From Chrysomallon squamiferum (lineage: Eukaryota > Animalia > Mollusca), in NCBI GenBank assembly GCA_012295275.1, contig CM022675.1:6014001-6078000 (forward strand): a stretch of DNA of 64,000 nt, given 5' to 3'. The notes below the pieces were generated by a model that worked only from the letters and a program-made list of their open reading frames with translations, was not told the origin of the DNA and made no database searches. Numbering within the stretch: the first letter of the stretch is position 1; every line of letters begins with the position of its first letter. This document shows positions 26,632 to 40,299 of this stretch, piece by piece. The translations under genes and the position numbers were made by a program.

Positions 26632-29600
26632 ATTCTTGATAACCCTAATGCAATTTTTTTCCCATTAGTATCGTTATTATATCATTTTGTTTAAAAAGAT
26701 TTAGTATAGGTTTTATTAATTACTTAGGTTTATTTTTGTATATCTTTAAAACATATCTATCTCTTTGTTATTACTACTACTACTACTCCTACAAATACTA
26801 CTACTTTGTTGTTTTATGATGTATTTAATCCAGATATGCTTCCAGTATATTTTCCTTGAACATATTTTAATTTTTATGTGTAATAATTGTTTTGATTTTG
26901 TATAAATATTTCAGTTGATAACGGATTAAATATGCATATTTCCTGATATTTTATCACATACGAATGTTAAGATATGATCCTTAAAATTAAACAGTAATTT
27001 TCCATTACAATACTTATGTATCTAATGATTTAGATACGAATATACTGTTTTACTAACTAAACACTGAAATGTATAATTTTTGTTTGAAGCATGTATGGAT
27101 AATAATGAATATAACTGTTGTTGTGAAGGAAACTAATTTATGTTTGTAATTTCGGGAGTATAAAGTTTATATAATTTACTAATTATTCTGAGCCACATTG
27201 ACTTCTGAAATAGGTTTGTTTTGAACTATTTGATTTGCCTTCATTGTTTATATAATGTTGTTTTAGGATAATTATGTCTTAAAAATATGTACCTTCTTAA
27301 CTGACTAGAAAAAAGAGAAAAAAAGATGTATCTGATCCGGAGATGCTTCCAGGATATTTTCGTTGAATATTTTCTGATATGTTTAATTCTGTATGTGTAA
27401 TAATTGTTTTTGTTTTGTTAAAATATTTCAACTGATATTGCTTTAAATTTGCTTATGTCCTGATGTTTTACCAAACGCCAGTGTTAACATATCATTTTAA
27501 AAATTAAACTGCATTTTTCCATTATAATACTTATGTATCTTATTGATTTTGATACAAATATTTTGTTCAGTTATCTTCAAGAACTTTTAGTATTATTATT
27601 ATTATTATTGACTTGGTGTATTTTTGTTGATTTTTCCTATCATAGTTGTTTATGTATTCAAATTGTTTTCTAACCTCCTTTTTTTCTAATATTAATTTAG
27701 AATTCAGTTAGTTACTATGTACATTTGTTGATTTAAGTAATTGTTTCAAATGTATGAAGAATGTAAATGTGAATGACTCAAACAGTTGTCTAGATTTTCA
27801 AGACAGTTTCAGTTACAAAACAATTCGTCTGTGTGCCATCTAGCACTTGATTCAAAGTCGTCATTATGACCTATAACTTAGCAACAAGACATTTTATTAC
27901 TATTTTTTAAAGTAAGTTACATAGGCTGAAGATAAGATCACTGTTATTATCATCGTACATCTTTAAAATAAGAAAAATATAATTTCCACCTGATTGGATG
28001 TTGGGGATATCCCAAATGGATGTGTGAAGATTTTTATAATATATGTTTTATTATTTTTTGTTTGTTTGTTCAAGTAATAAATGATGATTGTTACTAGCAG
28101 AGGATTACTAATTGCAGGTTTTATGTAATTCATATTATAGATAATTTATAAAGACTCAGAAGAGGATAATATAGATAAGACATTTCTGTTGTCTGATCAC
28201 TTTTGTATTTTATGATAATTCAACATGAGTGACAACTGAGTGACAGTTTGCCATCTCAAGTCACATTTGATTAAATTGTTATTTTGAGATAGATTATTTA
28301 ACCAAATTAAAATTAATATCCCAAAATAGTCAAACATTTTTGTTTGAAACAGGTGTGGATAATAATGAACATAACTGATGCTGTGAAGGAAACTGACTGA
28401 TGTTTGTAATTTCTGAGGTGTGAAGTTTATCTTAATATTCTGCTTCATTTTGAGAACTGACTTGTGAAATAGTTTTAATTTAAACTGTTTAATTTGCCAT
28501 TTTTTGTTTACATAGTGTTGTTTTTGGATATTAATGTCTTTAAAATGTGTACATTCGTACCTGACAGGTTTTATATAGGTTTTTATACTTGATTATCAAA
28601 AAGAAACCCAATAATAATTAAAACACAAGTCAGTCCAAATGTCAGTATCTAATTATTACTTCGTCATCTTGATTTTTTTATTTTACTCAGTGTGTTTACT
28701 GAAAGTGCACTTCAAAACTGAAGGCACATATCTTTAGAAGAAGAAGCAGAAAAAAAACATTACTTTATAAACCTAATCCAACTTTTTTGTTTTCATTAAT
28801 ATTGTTATTATTACTATTTTAGAACAAGGTTTGGTATTAGCTTTTATTAATTACTTAGAATTGTATTTGGTTTTTCGTTTTTTTTGTTCAAAAACCTTCT
28901 TTATCTTTTTTATGTTGTTGTTGCAGATGTGGTAACATTATATTTTCCTTGAATACTTTCTACTACTTTTACAACTTATTGATGACATATTAAATTTGCA
29001 TATTTCCTTGCATATTTCCTGATGTTTTATCACATACCGATCTTAACATATAATTTTTAAATTAAAATTAAACAGCATTTTTCCATTATAATACTTATAT
29101 ATGTTACTGATTTTGATACAAATATTTTGTTTAGTTATCTTCCAGATATGTTTATTATTATTATTATTACCTTGGCGGTGTTTTCTTCTTAGCATATTTG
29201 TTTATGTATTTAATATAGCTCTAAAGCCTCATTTTTTCTAATATTAATTTAGAATTCATTTAATTATTATTTACATTTGTTGATTTAAATAATTATTTCA
29301 AACGTATCTTGAAAGTAAATCTGAATATCTGAAACAGTTGTCTATATTCTCAAGATGGTTAATGACTGATATATAGAAAGTAAGAATCTATTACTAATAC
29401 TTAATTATTATTTTGTTTCAAATTTATTATAAATGTTTATTCATGTAAGAAATACGAATTAATAGTTTACCAGTCACAGCAGTAAGTAAATAAAAACTGA
29501 TTTATACAATCATCACATAGAAAATATTACAAAGTCTATATCCTATAACATTGCCATAAATTGAAAACTAAACTGGGATTTTTGGTTGTTTTATTACAAC

Positions 29601-29656
29601 GTTTATAATTATATTTCCTTTAAGGAATCACAGCTTAGTGTTTTTGATTCAGAGAA

Positions 29657-29700
<44 letters not shown>
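29657..29700. repeat. (ATT)n microsatellite; paralogous locus at ~57368-57435
   Basis: Direct inspection. Confidence 0.9.
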
Positions 29701-32035
29701 GATTATGACAATATTTAGTGTTATTGATATAGTTTTTTTTCAAACTGAATTTTCTTTTCATTTATGGCACCCATGTAATGTTAACTACACAATTATATGA
29801 ACTACTGTCAACAACTCTATAGTAACTGACACACACACATAGAGAAACACACACACACGCACACACACACAAATTTATATTAATTAGATGCCTATCTGGG
29901 GGAATACATTATATAGACAGTTAGACAGATACATACAATATAGAAAACAATATATATACATATATGATACAAAAGTTTATATAAGTAGTTCATTAGAAAA
30001 TCGAATTGTGTAAATTTGTCAAGTCAAAGAATTAATACAAATTATGTATACTTTTTTAAGGTGTCGGTGTTAAATTAACCTTCTAACACTATTAAAAATT
30101 AAATACAATAAATATTTTAATCTGAGTCTTCACGTATTTTGTTTTTTCTTATTAGCATATTTTTACTTAATAGTCTCTATTTTACAAATTATTAAAGAAA
30201 TGGAAGAAAAATGTTATAGATTTAAAACATTTGACTTTCCAAGCAGCACCCAGTAACTGACATAAAACAAACCATACTGCAAGTGTCTTGTAGAAGATGC
30301 CGTTCCGCTAAAATCAAAATTTTCTCTTGAACTTTATCATAACATATTTAGGTTTGTAAATATTTGAATGCCTGTGTGTGAATTCAAGTGGAGTGTTAAC
30401 TGCTGTTTCCATTTGTCTCTATTGTTCTGAAGCAATCAATTTGTAGAGATTTCTGACTAGGTAAACATTTTTCTTTTGCACCTAGCGAGTTCCATCGTTT
30501 AGTTATGTAATCAGATCGAAGGTTGATCATTAGCATGCATCTTGCTCTAAATGCATAAAAAAAGCAAACAAAGTAGATATTAGAAATTAAGAAATAACAT
30601 CTAGAAAAATAAGAAACAAAAAATAAGAAAAACATCAAAACTCCATCTGCTTAACAACTATCAGTTAAAATGACCTTTTTAAAGGACTGAAAAAAAAATT
30701 AATTCTCAGAAAACAAACAGCTGTAACATGGTATATATAATTTATTAAATATAAAGTATAACTTCACTGAACGCACCATTCTTGAATAAATTAGAACACA
30801 ACATCTAAAATGCTACTGCACTTTTCTGAATAATGTCGAGAAGAATAAAATTTCATGTCGAAAATGACACTTTTTTCATTCTTAAAACACAATTTCAGCC
30901 ATATACACACAGAATAATGACAACAAAAACACAAATATAAATATACACTTGTAACAATATATGGACACAAATAAAAATAAACACACACATGCCTCAAGAA
31001 GTGTCTTTCTCATAATCATACATAAAATGTTAAAACATGTAATAAAAAAAATTAGGTGAGATGTTTGTAAATCCATGTTTCACTTGAAGACAAAAGAAAC
31101 TGGAATTATGCTCACTTTACATTAAACTATTCAGACAGATATAATCAAATATAAACAAATAATGATAAATTAAAACAGAGGAACAATTCTTCATAAAAAA
31201 ATAACTGGAAAAATAACCAAAATGCTTGATGTTTTAAAAACGCTATAAAATATTGAAAAAAGTTCAATTTCTATTCATATTTTCATTAATACAGTGTACG
31301 ATATTAAAATAATTTCGTAAGCTGAAATATAGATTTTGAGAATAAAAACAAACACCCACCATTGTTATTACTCCAAAACATGTATAAAAAACACCATTAA
31401 TTCATACGTTCAAAATGAACATACATATAAAATAGAATAATATTCTAATAAACATATTGATATGGTATGAAAATAAGAACATTTATACTACAGTATTTTA
31501 GTAAATTAGTAATATTCCTTCTTTTTCCGCATCCTTCAGAATTTGCTGTGTTTTTCGCTCCCTCTCATTCTTTCTATTCAAAATCTAGCGTATAAAAACA
31601 CACATGTATAATCGGAAGTAGAACTTATACATAAACCACATTTAGAAAAACTGCAAAGTCAAGCATTTTTTTGTTTTTTTACAAAATAAATAACGACAAC
31701 ACTGCAGAAATATATTGGCACTTATTGGATTAACACAGATTAACACAGACACACACAGACACATGCAATTATTCATTCTTTAATAATTTTGAAATAATAA
31801 AATTTATCTTACCTTTTATTTTGTGCAAGCCATCAACTGAGTAATAACACTGGCGGAAATGGCCTTTCCGACCTTACATAATGTTGTGCAATAGGAAAAC
31901 TTCCTTTTCTTCTTTTATTGAGTCGGCCTAAGAGGAGACAACACCTTAAGGTTTCATTAAAAGTGGAGTTGTCGCCCTGGATGAGTTATCTGCCCGAAGC
32001 TGAGTCTGATACCGTAAATATTAAAAACAATAAAG

Positions 32036-32870
32036 CTGTGCACAGAGGAGTTTGACCTTTTTTGTTTTTAATGTTTACGTTAAAACTATTTTCTATCAGT
32101 GGTCTCACAATTGTTCTATTTCCATATTTAATTGCTACATGTAAAACAGAATTGGTATGATTGTCTATTAAATTAGGATCAGCTCCATGTTCCAGTAAAA
32201 GCGAAACTATTTTCGAACATTCACTAGGAATAAATATATGATCATTTAAAGCTCTATGGACAGCAGTTTCACCATCTCTGTTTTAAGATTTATATCCACA
32301 CCTTTTTCAGTCAGTTTTCTCACAATTTCTGTATTTCCACATTTTACTGCTTTGTATAAAAGACGATTGTTATCACTGTCTGTTAAAATACCACAAGCTC
32401 CGTGTTCCAGTAAATGTAAAACTACTTGGTCATGTTTGTACTTCACAGCTATAATCAGAGATGTTTATATGAATGCCGCTCATAACAATTTAGAGCTGTC
32501 TGAAGAGGAGTTTTGCCTTTGTTGTTTACAATGTTAACATCAACACCTTTTTCAATCAGTGCTGTCACAATTTTTATATTTCCATGTTTAGCTGCTAGAT
32601 GTAAAACAGAATTGTTACCATTGTTTGTCATATTAGGATCAGCTCCATGTTACAGTAAATATATATATATAATCAGAATTTTCAAGATAACTTAAATCTG
32701 TATAGAGAGCAGTTTCAGCACTATTGTTTTTAAGATTTATATCAGCACGTTTATCAATCAGTGCTCTCAGAAATTGTATATTTCCATATTTAGGCGCTAT
32801 TGTTATAGCAGACTGCATATAAAGCAGAATTTTTATATCTGTCTGTTATATTAGGATCAATTCCATGTTC
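32036..32870 (-). pseudogene. Inverted, degraded ankyrin-repeat fragment of the same gene family
   Basis: Minus-strand ORF 32246..32446 (VVLHLLEHGA...GNTEIVRKLTEKGVDINLK); 32580-32650 resembles gene B 48931-48990 (HGADPNMTNNGNNSVLHLA). Confidence 0.85.
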
Positions 32871-33387
32871 CAACAAAACATAGATGTATACATTATAGCA
32901 GACATTTTCATTAAAAATGCAATAGACGGATATTTGCCAGTAACATTCTTTTTGAGTAAACTAGAAAACTCCAGACTATTTGTTTTGCGACAAAATGTAT
33001 GTGACAGTTGTGGTATTTTTCGTTTTCATGTTTTCAAACATTTATATTAAACTTTATAGTCATAAGAATCCACTTCGTCAGTATATGTGTGCTATAAGTC
33101 TGACATCAAAACTTGTATTTTTATTCTTCGTGGATGGATTTTATCGTACAATCACCTATTTTGAACTGTTAAAGGTAAGTACATGTATTTGTAATTAATT
33201 AAACATTATATAACTTATGTGTACAAATTAAATCTACGTCCTGTAAAATATTTAAGTGTCTATGCAGTTACAAGAAACAGGTCGGTTCTGTCTCGAAGCT
33301 GCAACGCATTCACTTTCTGTTCTCAGTTTACCTACGTTCCAGACAAACGCTATATAGGCCATTTCAAACGATCAGATTGCTCCAGTC

Positions 33388-33660
33388 CGCCTTCCCTTTC
33401 CGCTTCCGACTTCCGGTGGGGTCACAACCCGGTGTCAGGGTCGGAATGAAGCTTCTGCAAAGAATTTGCTATCATCACAGTTCATGATTGTACGGTAACT
33501 CCACTTTTGATGAAACCTGCACGTGTTTACTCCTCTTGCGCCGACTGAATTAAAGAAGAACTGGAAGTCTTCCTATTACACGACATTGTGTAAGGTCGGA
33601 AAGGTCATTTCCGCCAGTATTGTTACTGAGTTGATGGCATGAACACAATAAAAGGTAAGA
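33388..33660 (+). promoter_or_regulatory. Candidate promoter and first exon (for gene B?)
   Basis: CpG-enriched patch with clustered ETS-type cttcc/cttccgg motifs (33391-33417) and a strong donor AAAG|gtaaga at 33655. ATG at 33639 gives MNTIK plus a phase-1 junction compatible with exon 43930. Confidence 0.4.
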
Positions 33661-35499
33661 TAAATTTTATTATTTCAAAATTATTAAAGAATAAATAAAG
33701 TTAAAATCTCAGTTTCTTAATTTATAAATAAAATGAAAATAATTTAAAATATATTTTAATATTATTTACTATACAGTTGCATACATCACAATTAAGTTTT
33801 ACATCTTTCTTCTATGAGTTCAAAAATGTAAACAGACTACGCATGCGTAGTATCAGCTCAGCAAGAAAAATAAAAATGACACATACCTTATTATGAAATT
33901 CCTACTGCAACTATTTTCCTCTATTACTTCCTTAGCAAATGCCGAAAGGATCGGACCGCCAAAGCTTTATTACTACTATTCATACTGATGATTGTGCAGT
34001 AATATCTGGGTGTAACTTCACCAACTACTGATAGTTATCTTTAATACTGTAAATAAATAAATACACAAACTGAGTTATCTCCCTTGATATAGAGTTCACT
34101 CTGATTATTAAATATCGTAAATACTCGTATCCTTATATGGGCTTATTGAAAACTAAGGATGACTCACCAAAATTTCGTAAGTGCATGATGAATAATGACG
34201 ACTACAATTTTCACCTTAAAATATTCAGTTTGTACTGGCTCCACCATTTGACACTAATTTGTACAAATAAAAATATTATTAATTTATTAATTCTAAATGA
34301 AATCTTATCATTTGAAACTGAATTTAAAATTTTTCTTAGCGATCAAACTTCCTTAAACTGTGCTTACATTACAATCATAATTATATAACATTGAATATAT
34401 TATATATCCGAAAACTATAATAATCGGGTTTTGTGATGTTAATAAATAAATAAATAACCCTAAATGTGATCCAAGAAATAAAACAAATTAAGTAATAAAA
34501 AGTGAAATGATAAAAGAAATGACGAAACAAAAAATAAATAGTGATTGCTAAATTAAGTAACAAATTTAAATTTCGAATGATTTATACTTTCAAACAACTC
34601 AACTCGCGTTTGAATCTGTAAATATGATAACTTTAGAGGAAATACAATTTCACTCGCTTTCTCGTGAAAGAATCTGAATATTATATCGGTCTGGATAAAT
34701 TAATGTAAAGTGAGCATAATTCCAGAGTTTCTTTTGTCTTCAAGTGAAAGATGAATGTACAAATATTTCACCTAATTTTTTTTATTATATGTTTTAACAT
34801 TTTATGTATGATTATGAGAAAGACACTTGTTGAGGTATGTGTGTGTTTATTTTTATTTCTGTCCATATGTTGTTACAAGAGTATATTTATCTTTGTTTTT
34901 GTTGTCATTAGTCTCTGTGTATATGGCTGAGATTTTTTCTTCTCGACATTACTCAGAAAACTGCAGTAGCATTTTAGATGTTGTGTTCTAATTTATTCAA
35001 GAATGGTGTGTTCAGTGTAGTTATCCTTTATATTTAATAAGTTATATATACCATGTAACAGCAGTTTGTTTTCTGTGAATTCATTTTTTTTTTTCAGTCC
35101 TTTAAAAAGGGCATCTTAACTGATAGCTGTTAAGCAGATGGAGTTTTTTTGTTTTTCTTATTCTTTGTTTCTTATTTGTCTTGATGTTATTTACTAATTT
35201 CTAATTTCTACTTTGTTTGCTTTGTTTTATGTATTTAGAGCAAGATGCATGCTAATGATCAACATTTGATCTGATTGCATAACTCAACTATGGACCTCGC
35301 TAGGTGCAAAAGAAAACTAGTCAGAAATCTTTACAAACTGATTGCTTCAGAACAATAGAGTCAAATAAAAACAGCAGTTAACACTCCACTTGAATTCACA
35401 GACAGCAATTCAAATATTTACTCTGAAATTATCAGATGTACAAATTCAGAAGCGAGATTATTTTTTCTTAAATACACAATTTAGTCGCAAGATCAATTT

Positions 35500-35614
35500 T
35501 ATTATTTTTCAGTCATAAATTATAATCTTTTATTTATTTACAATGTAAAACGTTTTCACTTAAGCTGATTAATTTTCTCACTTAATTGTAATAGCTTTCG
35601 GATACCTTATTATT

Positions 35615-35662
<48 letters not shown>

Positions 35663-38600
35663 AACCCGAACAAAAAACAAACATAAGATAACCGTTGCCC
35701 GACTATCAGTCTGTCTAAATTCTGTCAAGATAATAACCGAGTACAAAGTGCACAAAATAATAATCTCGAGTGTTCACGTGATCTCAAATCATACGACTAA
35801 GATGGCGTCTTGTTGTTAGGCGGAAGTCGCACAGGAAATTAAAATGAAAAAACTAGAAAGAATTGGATAGTTAATTGTTTCTATTTAGAGGTAAGGATGT
35901 ATTTAATTTGTCTCTTCATATTTACTTTCATTTTTTTATAATATGACACTGTATTTTCATGTAATATTAATTATAGGTCATACGGGTGTGGTTTGTCACT
36001 TTCACATTCAAACTGTGTTATACTGAGTCCACTGACAGTCGAGTCTGTCGTTTAAAAAACAGTTTTAATGGTAAATACAAAAATGTTTACCATTAATATA
36101 TTTAAAATAAAAATGTTAAATATGTACATAAATATTAATTCTGATTATTTAAATATATCGTGTAATTAAAACAAAAAATGGAAACGACAGGCAGATCAGT
36201 CAGTTTACTTTGCTTACAAAATTAGTAGCATTTCCAGACGCCTCGACGAGAAAAACTTTGATAAATGAAGTCTGGGTAGTTTCAGCAACAACGAATTACA
36301 ATTTATCTGTGTTCTGTTCAATATTATAGGTACTTGGTCTCAAAGAATATATTGAAAATATAACAAAATAAATAATATTAGAAAACAAAACAATGTAGAT
36401 AAGAAAATGTAGGCTATATGCAGAAACCCTTCTTTCGGAGATTCACCTTGCATTACAATAAAAGTTCCTAAACCTTCGAAATCCGAGACGATAATTGTTG
36501 CACAGAGCATTTCGAAAATGATTTAATGCGCCCCAGTTCAGTCAATTTAATGACAAATCGTAGAGAAAGGATTAAATTGTTCATAAAAACTTCATACTTG
36601 TTTTCTTGCAACTTTGCAATATGAAATTATAATTTCCTCGGTCATAAATTATAATATTTTATTTATTCACACTGTAAATAGTTTTCACTTCAGCTGATTA
36701 ATTTTCTCACTTAATTGTAATAGCTTTCTGACAGATTGATGGAACAGATTTATTATCACACACACACACACAGACACACACACACAGACACACACACACA
36801 CACACAGACACACACACCCAGAAAAAAAAAAAAAAAAAAAAGATAACCGTTGTCCGACTATCAATGTGTCTAAATTCTGTCAAGATAATAACCGGGTACA
36901 AAGTCCACAAAATAATAATCTCGAGGGTTCACGTTATCTCAAATCACTCCACTAAGATGGCGTCTTGTTGTTAGGCGGCAGTCGCACTGCAAATTAAAAT
37001 GAAAAACTAGAAAGAATCGTTAGTTAATTGCTTCTATTTAGAGGTAAGAGTGTATTTAATTTGTCTCTTCATATTTAGTTTCAGTTTTTTATAATATGAC
37101 ACTGTATTTTCATGTAATCTTAATTATAGGTGATGCGGGTGTGGTTTGTCACTTTCACACTCAAACTGTGTGATACTGAGTTCACTGACAGTCGAGTCTG
37201 TCGTTTAAAAAACAGTTTTAATGGTAAATACAAAAATGTTTACCATTAATATATTTAAAATAAAAATGTTACATATCTACATAATTATTAATTCTGATTG
37301 TTTACATATATCGTGTAATTAAAATAAAAAATCGAAACGACAGGCAGATCAGTCAGTTTACTTTGCTTACAAAATTAGTAGCATTTCCAGACGCCTCGAC
37401 GAGAAAAACTTTTATAAATAAAGTGTGGGTAGTTTCAGCAAGAACGAATTACAATTTATCTGTGTTCTGTTGAATATTATAGGTACTTGGTCTCAAAGAA
37501 TGTATTGAAAATAAAACAAAATAAATAATATTAGAAAACAGAACAATGTAGATAAGAAAATGTAGGCTAAGTGCACAAACCCTCCTTTCGGACACTCTCT
37601 TTGTATTAAATAAAAAGTGATTAAACCTTCGAAATCCGATACGATAAGCTTTGGACAGAGCATTTCGAAAATAATTTAGTGCACATCAGTTCTGTCAATT
37701 TAACGACAAATCGTAGAGAAAGGATTAAATTGTTCATAAAAACTTCATAACTGTTTTCTTACAACTTTGCAATATGAAATTATCATTTCTTCAGTCATAA
37801 ATTATAATATTTTATTTATGTACACTGTAAATAGTTTTCACTTCAGCTGATTAATTTTCTCACTTAATTGTAATAGCTTTCGGATAGCTTGATGGAACAG
37901 ATTTATTACTGCACACACACACACTCACACACATACACACACACACACACACACACAACACACAGACACACACACACACCGAACAAAAAAAAACCCAAAA
38001 GATAACCGTTGACCGACTATTAATCTAAATTCTGTCAAGGTAATAACCGGGTACAAAGTGCACAAAATAATAATCTAGAGTGTTCACGTTATCTCGAATA
38101 TTTGAAAGGTAAGGGTGTATTTAATTTGTCTCTTCATATTTAGTTTCATTTTTTATATTATGACACTGTATTTTCATGTAATCTTAATTATAGGTCATGC
38201 GGGTGTGGTTTGTCACTTTCACACTCAAACTGTGTGATACTGAGTTCACTGACAGTCCAGTCTGTGTTTTAAAAACAGTTTTAATGGTAAATACAAAAAT
38301 GTTTACCATTAATATATTTAAAATAAAAATGTTAAATATCTACATAATTAATAATTCTGATTATTTACATATATCGTGTAATTAAAACAAAAAATGGAAA
38401 CGATAGGCAGATCAGTCTGCTTACTTTGCTTACAAAATTACAAGCATTTCCAGACGCCTCGACGAGAAAAACTTTGATAAATGAAGTCTGGGTAGTTTCA
38501 GCAAGAACGAATTACAATTTATCTGTGTTCTGTTCAATATTATAGGTACTTGGTCTCAAAGAATATATTGAAAATAAAACAAAATCAATAATATTAGAAA

Positions 38601-38971
38601 ACAGAACAATTTAGATAAGAAAATGTAGGCTATATGCAGAAACCCTTCTTTCGGAGATTCACCTTGCATTACAATAAAAGTTCCTAAACCTTCGAAATCC
38701 GAGACGATAAGTTTTGCACAGAGCATTTCGAAAATGATTTAATGCGCCTCAGTTCTGTCAATTTAATGACAAATAGTACAGAAAAGATTAAATTGTTCAT
38801 AAAAACTTCATACTTGTTTTCTTACAACTTTGCAATATGAAATTATTATTTCTTCAGTCATAAATTATAATCTTTTATTTATGTACACTGTAAATAGTTT
38901 TCACTTCAGCTGATTAATTTTCTCACTTAATTGTAATAGCTTTCTGATAGCTTGATGGAACATATTTATTA

Positions 38972-39022
<51 letters not shown>

Positions 39023-40222
39023 ATAACCGTTGTCCGACTATCAATCTCTCTAAATTCTGTCAAGATAATAACCGAGTACAAAGTACACAAAATAATAATC
39101 TCGAGGGTTCACGTTATCTCGAATCACGCGATTAAAATGGCGGCTTGTTGTTAATCGGTAGTCGCAGCGCAAATTAAAATGAAGAAACTAGAAAGAATTG
39201 GTTAGTTAATTGCTTCTATTTTGGAGGTAAGGGTGTATTTAATTTGTCTCTTCATATTTAGTTTAATTTTTTATAATATGACACTGTATTTTCATGTAAT
39301 ATTAATTATAGGTCATGCGGGTGTGGTTTGTCACTTTCACTCTCAAACTGTGTTATACTGAGTCCACTGACATTCCAGTCTGTGGTTTAGAAAAGTCATA
39401 TAAAATATAAAAGTTAAATATCTACGTAATTATTAATTGTGATTGTTTACATATATCGTATAATTAAAATAAAAAATGGAAACTATAGGCAGATCAGTCA
39501 GTTTAGTTTGCTTACAAAATTAGGAACGTGACATTAATGCACTTTTAGTGCAGAGATTATCACTGTAATGTTTGTTAATTACAATGAAGATTGACTTAGC
39601 ATTGATATTCTTAATGTTACCAAAAGCTGAATTTCTCAGAATCATGAATTGAGAGAAATGTCTTTGGAAGGTTGGCCCTGATGTCCATAGCAACCAAGCA
39701 TTTCGACGAGAAAATCTTTGATAAATAAAGTCTGGGTAGTTTCAGCAAGAATGAATTAGAATTTAACTGTGTTCTGTTCAATATTATAGGTACTTGGTCT
39801 CAAAGAATATATTGAAAATATAACAAAATAAATAATATTAGAAAACAAAACAATGTAGATAAGAAAATGTAGGCTATAAGCAGAAACCCTTCTTTCGGAC
39901 ACTCTCTTTGTATTAAATTAAAAGTTCCTAAACCTTCGAAATCCGAGACGATAATTGCACAGAGCATTTCGGAAATAATTTAATGCGCCTCAGTTCTGTC
40001 AATTTAATGACAAATAGTAGAGAAAGGATTAAATTGTTCGTAAAAACTTCATACTTGTTTTCTTACAACTTTGCAATATGAAATTATTATTTCTTCAGTC
40101 ATAAATTATAATCTTTCATTTATATACATTGTAAATAGTTTTCACTTCAGCTGATTAATTTTCTCATTTAATTGTAATAGCTTTCGGATACCTTGATGGA
40201 ACAGAGTTATTATTGCACACAC

Positions 40223-40299
<77 letters not shown>

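Larger units (their letters stand above)
25430..32450 (+). repeat. Segmental duplication: 3' flank of gene A, homologous to 3' flank of gene B (~53565-60290)
   Basis: Colinear shared blocks, e.g. 29761 tttatggcacccatgtaatg vs 57533; 30241 aagcagcaccca vs 58035; 31850 ctggcggaaatggcctttccgacc vs 59627. Also an internal duplication 25720.. vs 27866.. Confidence 0.85.
30356..35421. repeat. Large interrupted inverted repeat: arms 30356-31125 / 34700-35421 and 31769-31970 / 33497-33698
   Basis: gaattcaagtggagtgttaactgctg (30380) is the reverse complement of cagcagttaacactccacttgaattc (35372); ggaattatgctcactttacattaa pairs with ttaatgtaaagtgagcataattcc; ctggcggaaatg pairs with catttccgccag. Confidence 0.9.

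Noticed and set aside
33446-33654. Protein-coding or snRNA identity for the conserved block in the inverted repeat
   Set aside because: Frames are interrupted by stops and I recognise no RNA family; kept only as a candidate first exon.
39677-39697. RFX/X-box-like ccatagcaac motifs (also ~40988, 42578, 60460)
   Set aside because: Half sites only, within repeat-derived sequence; insufficient to call a regulatory element.
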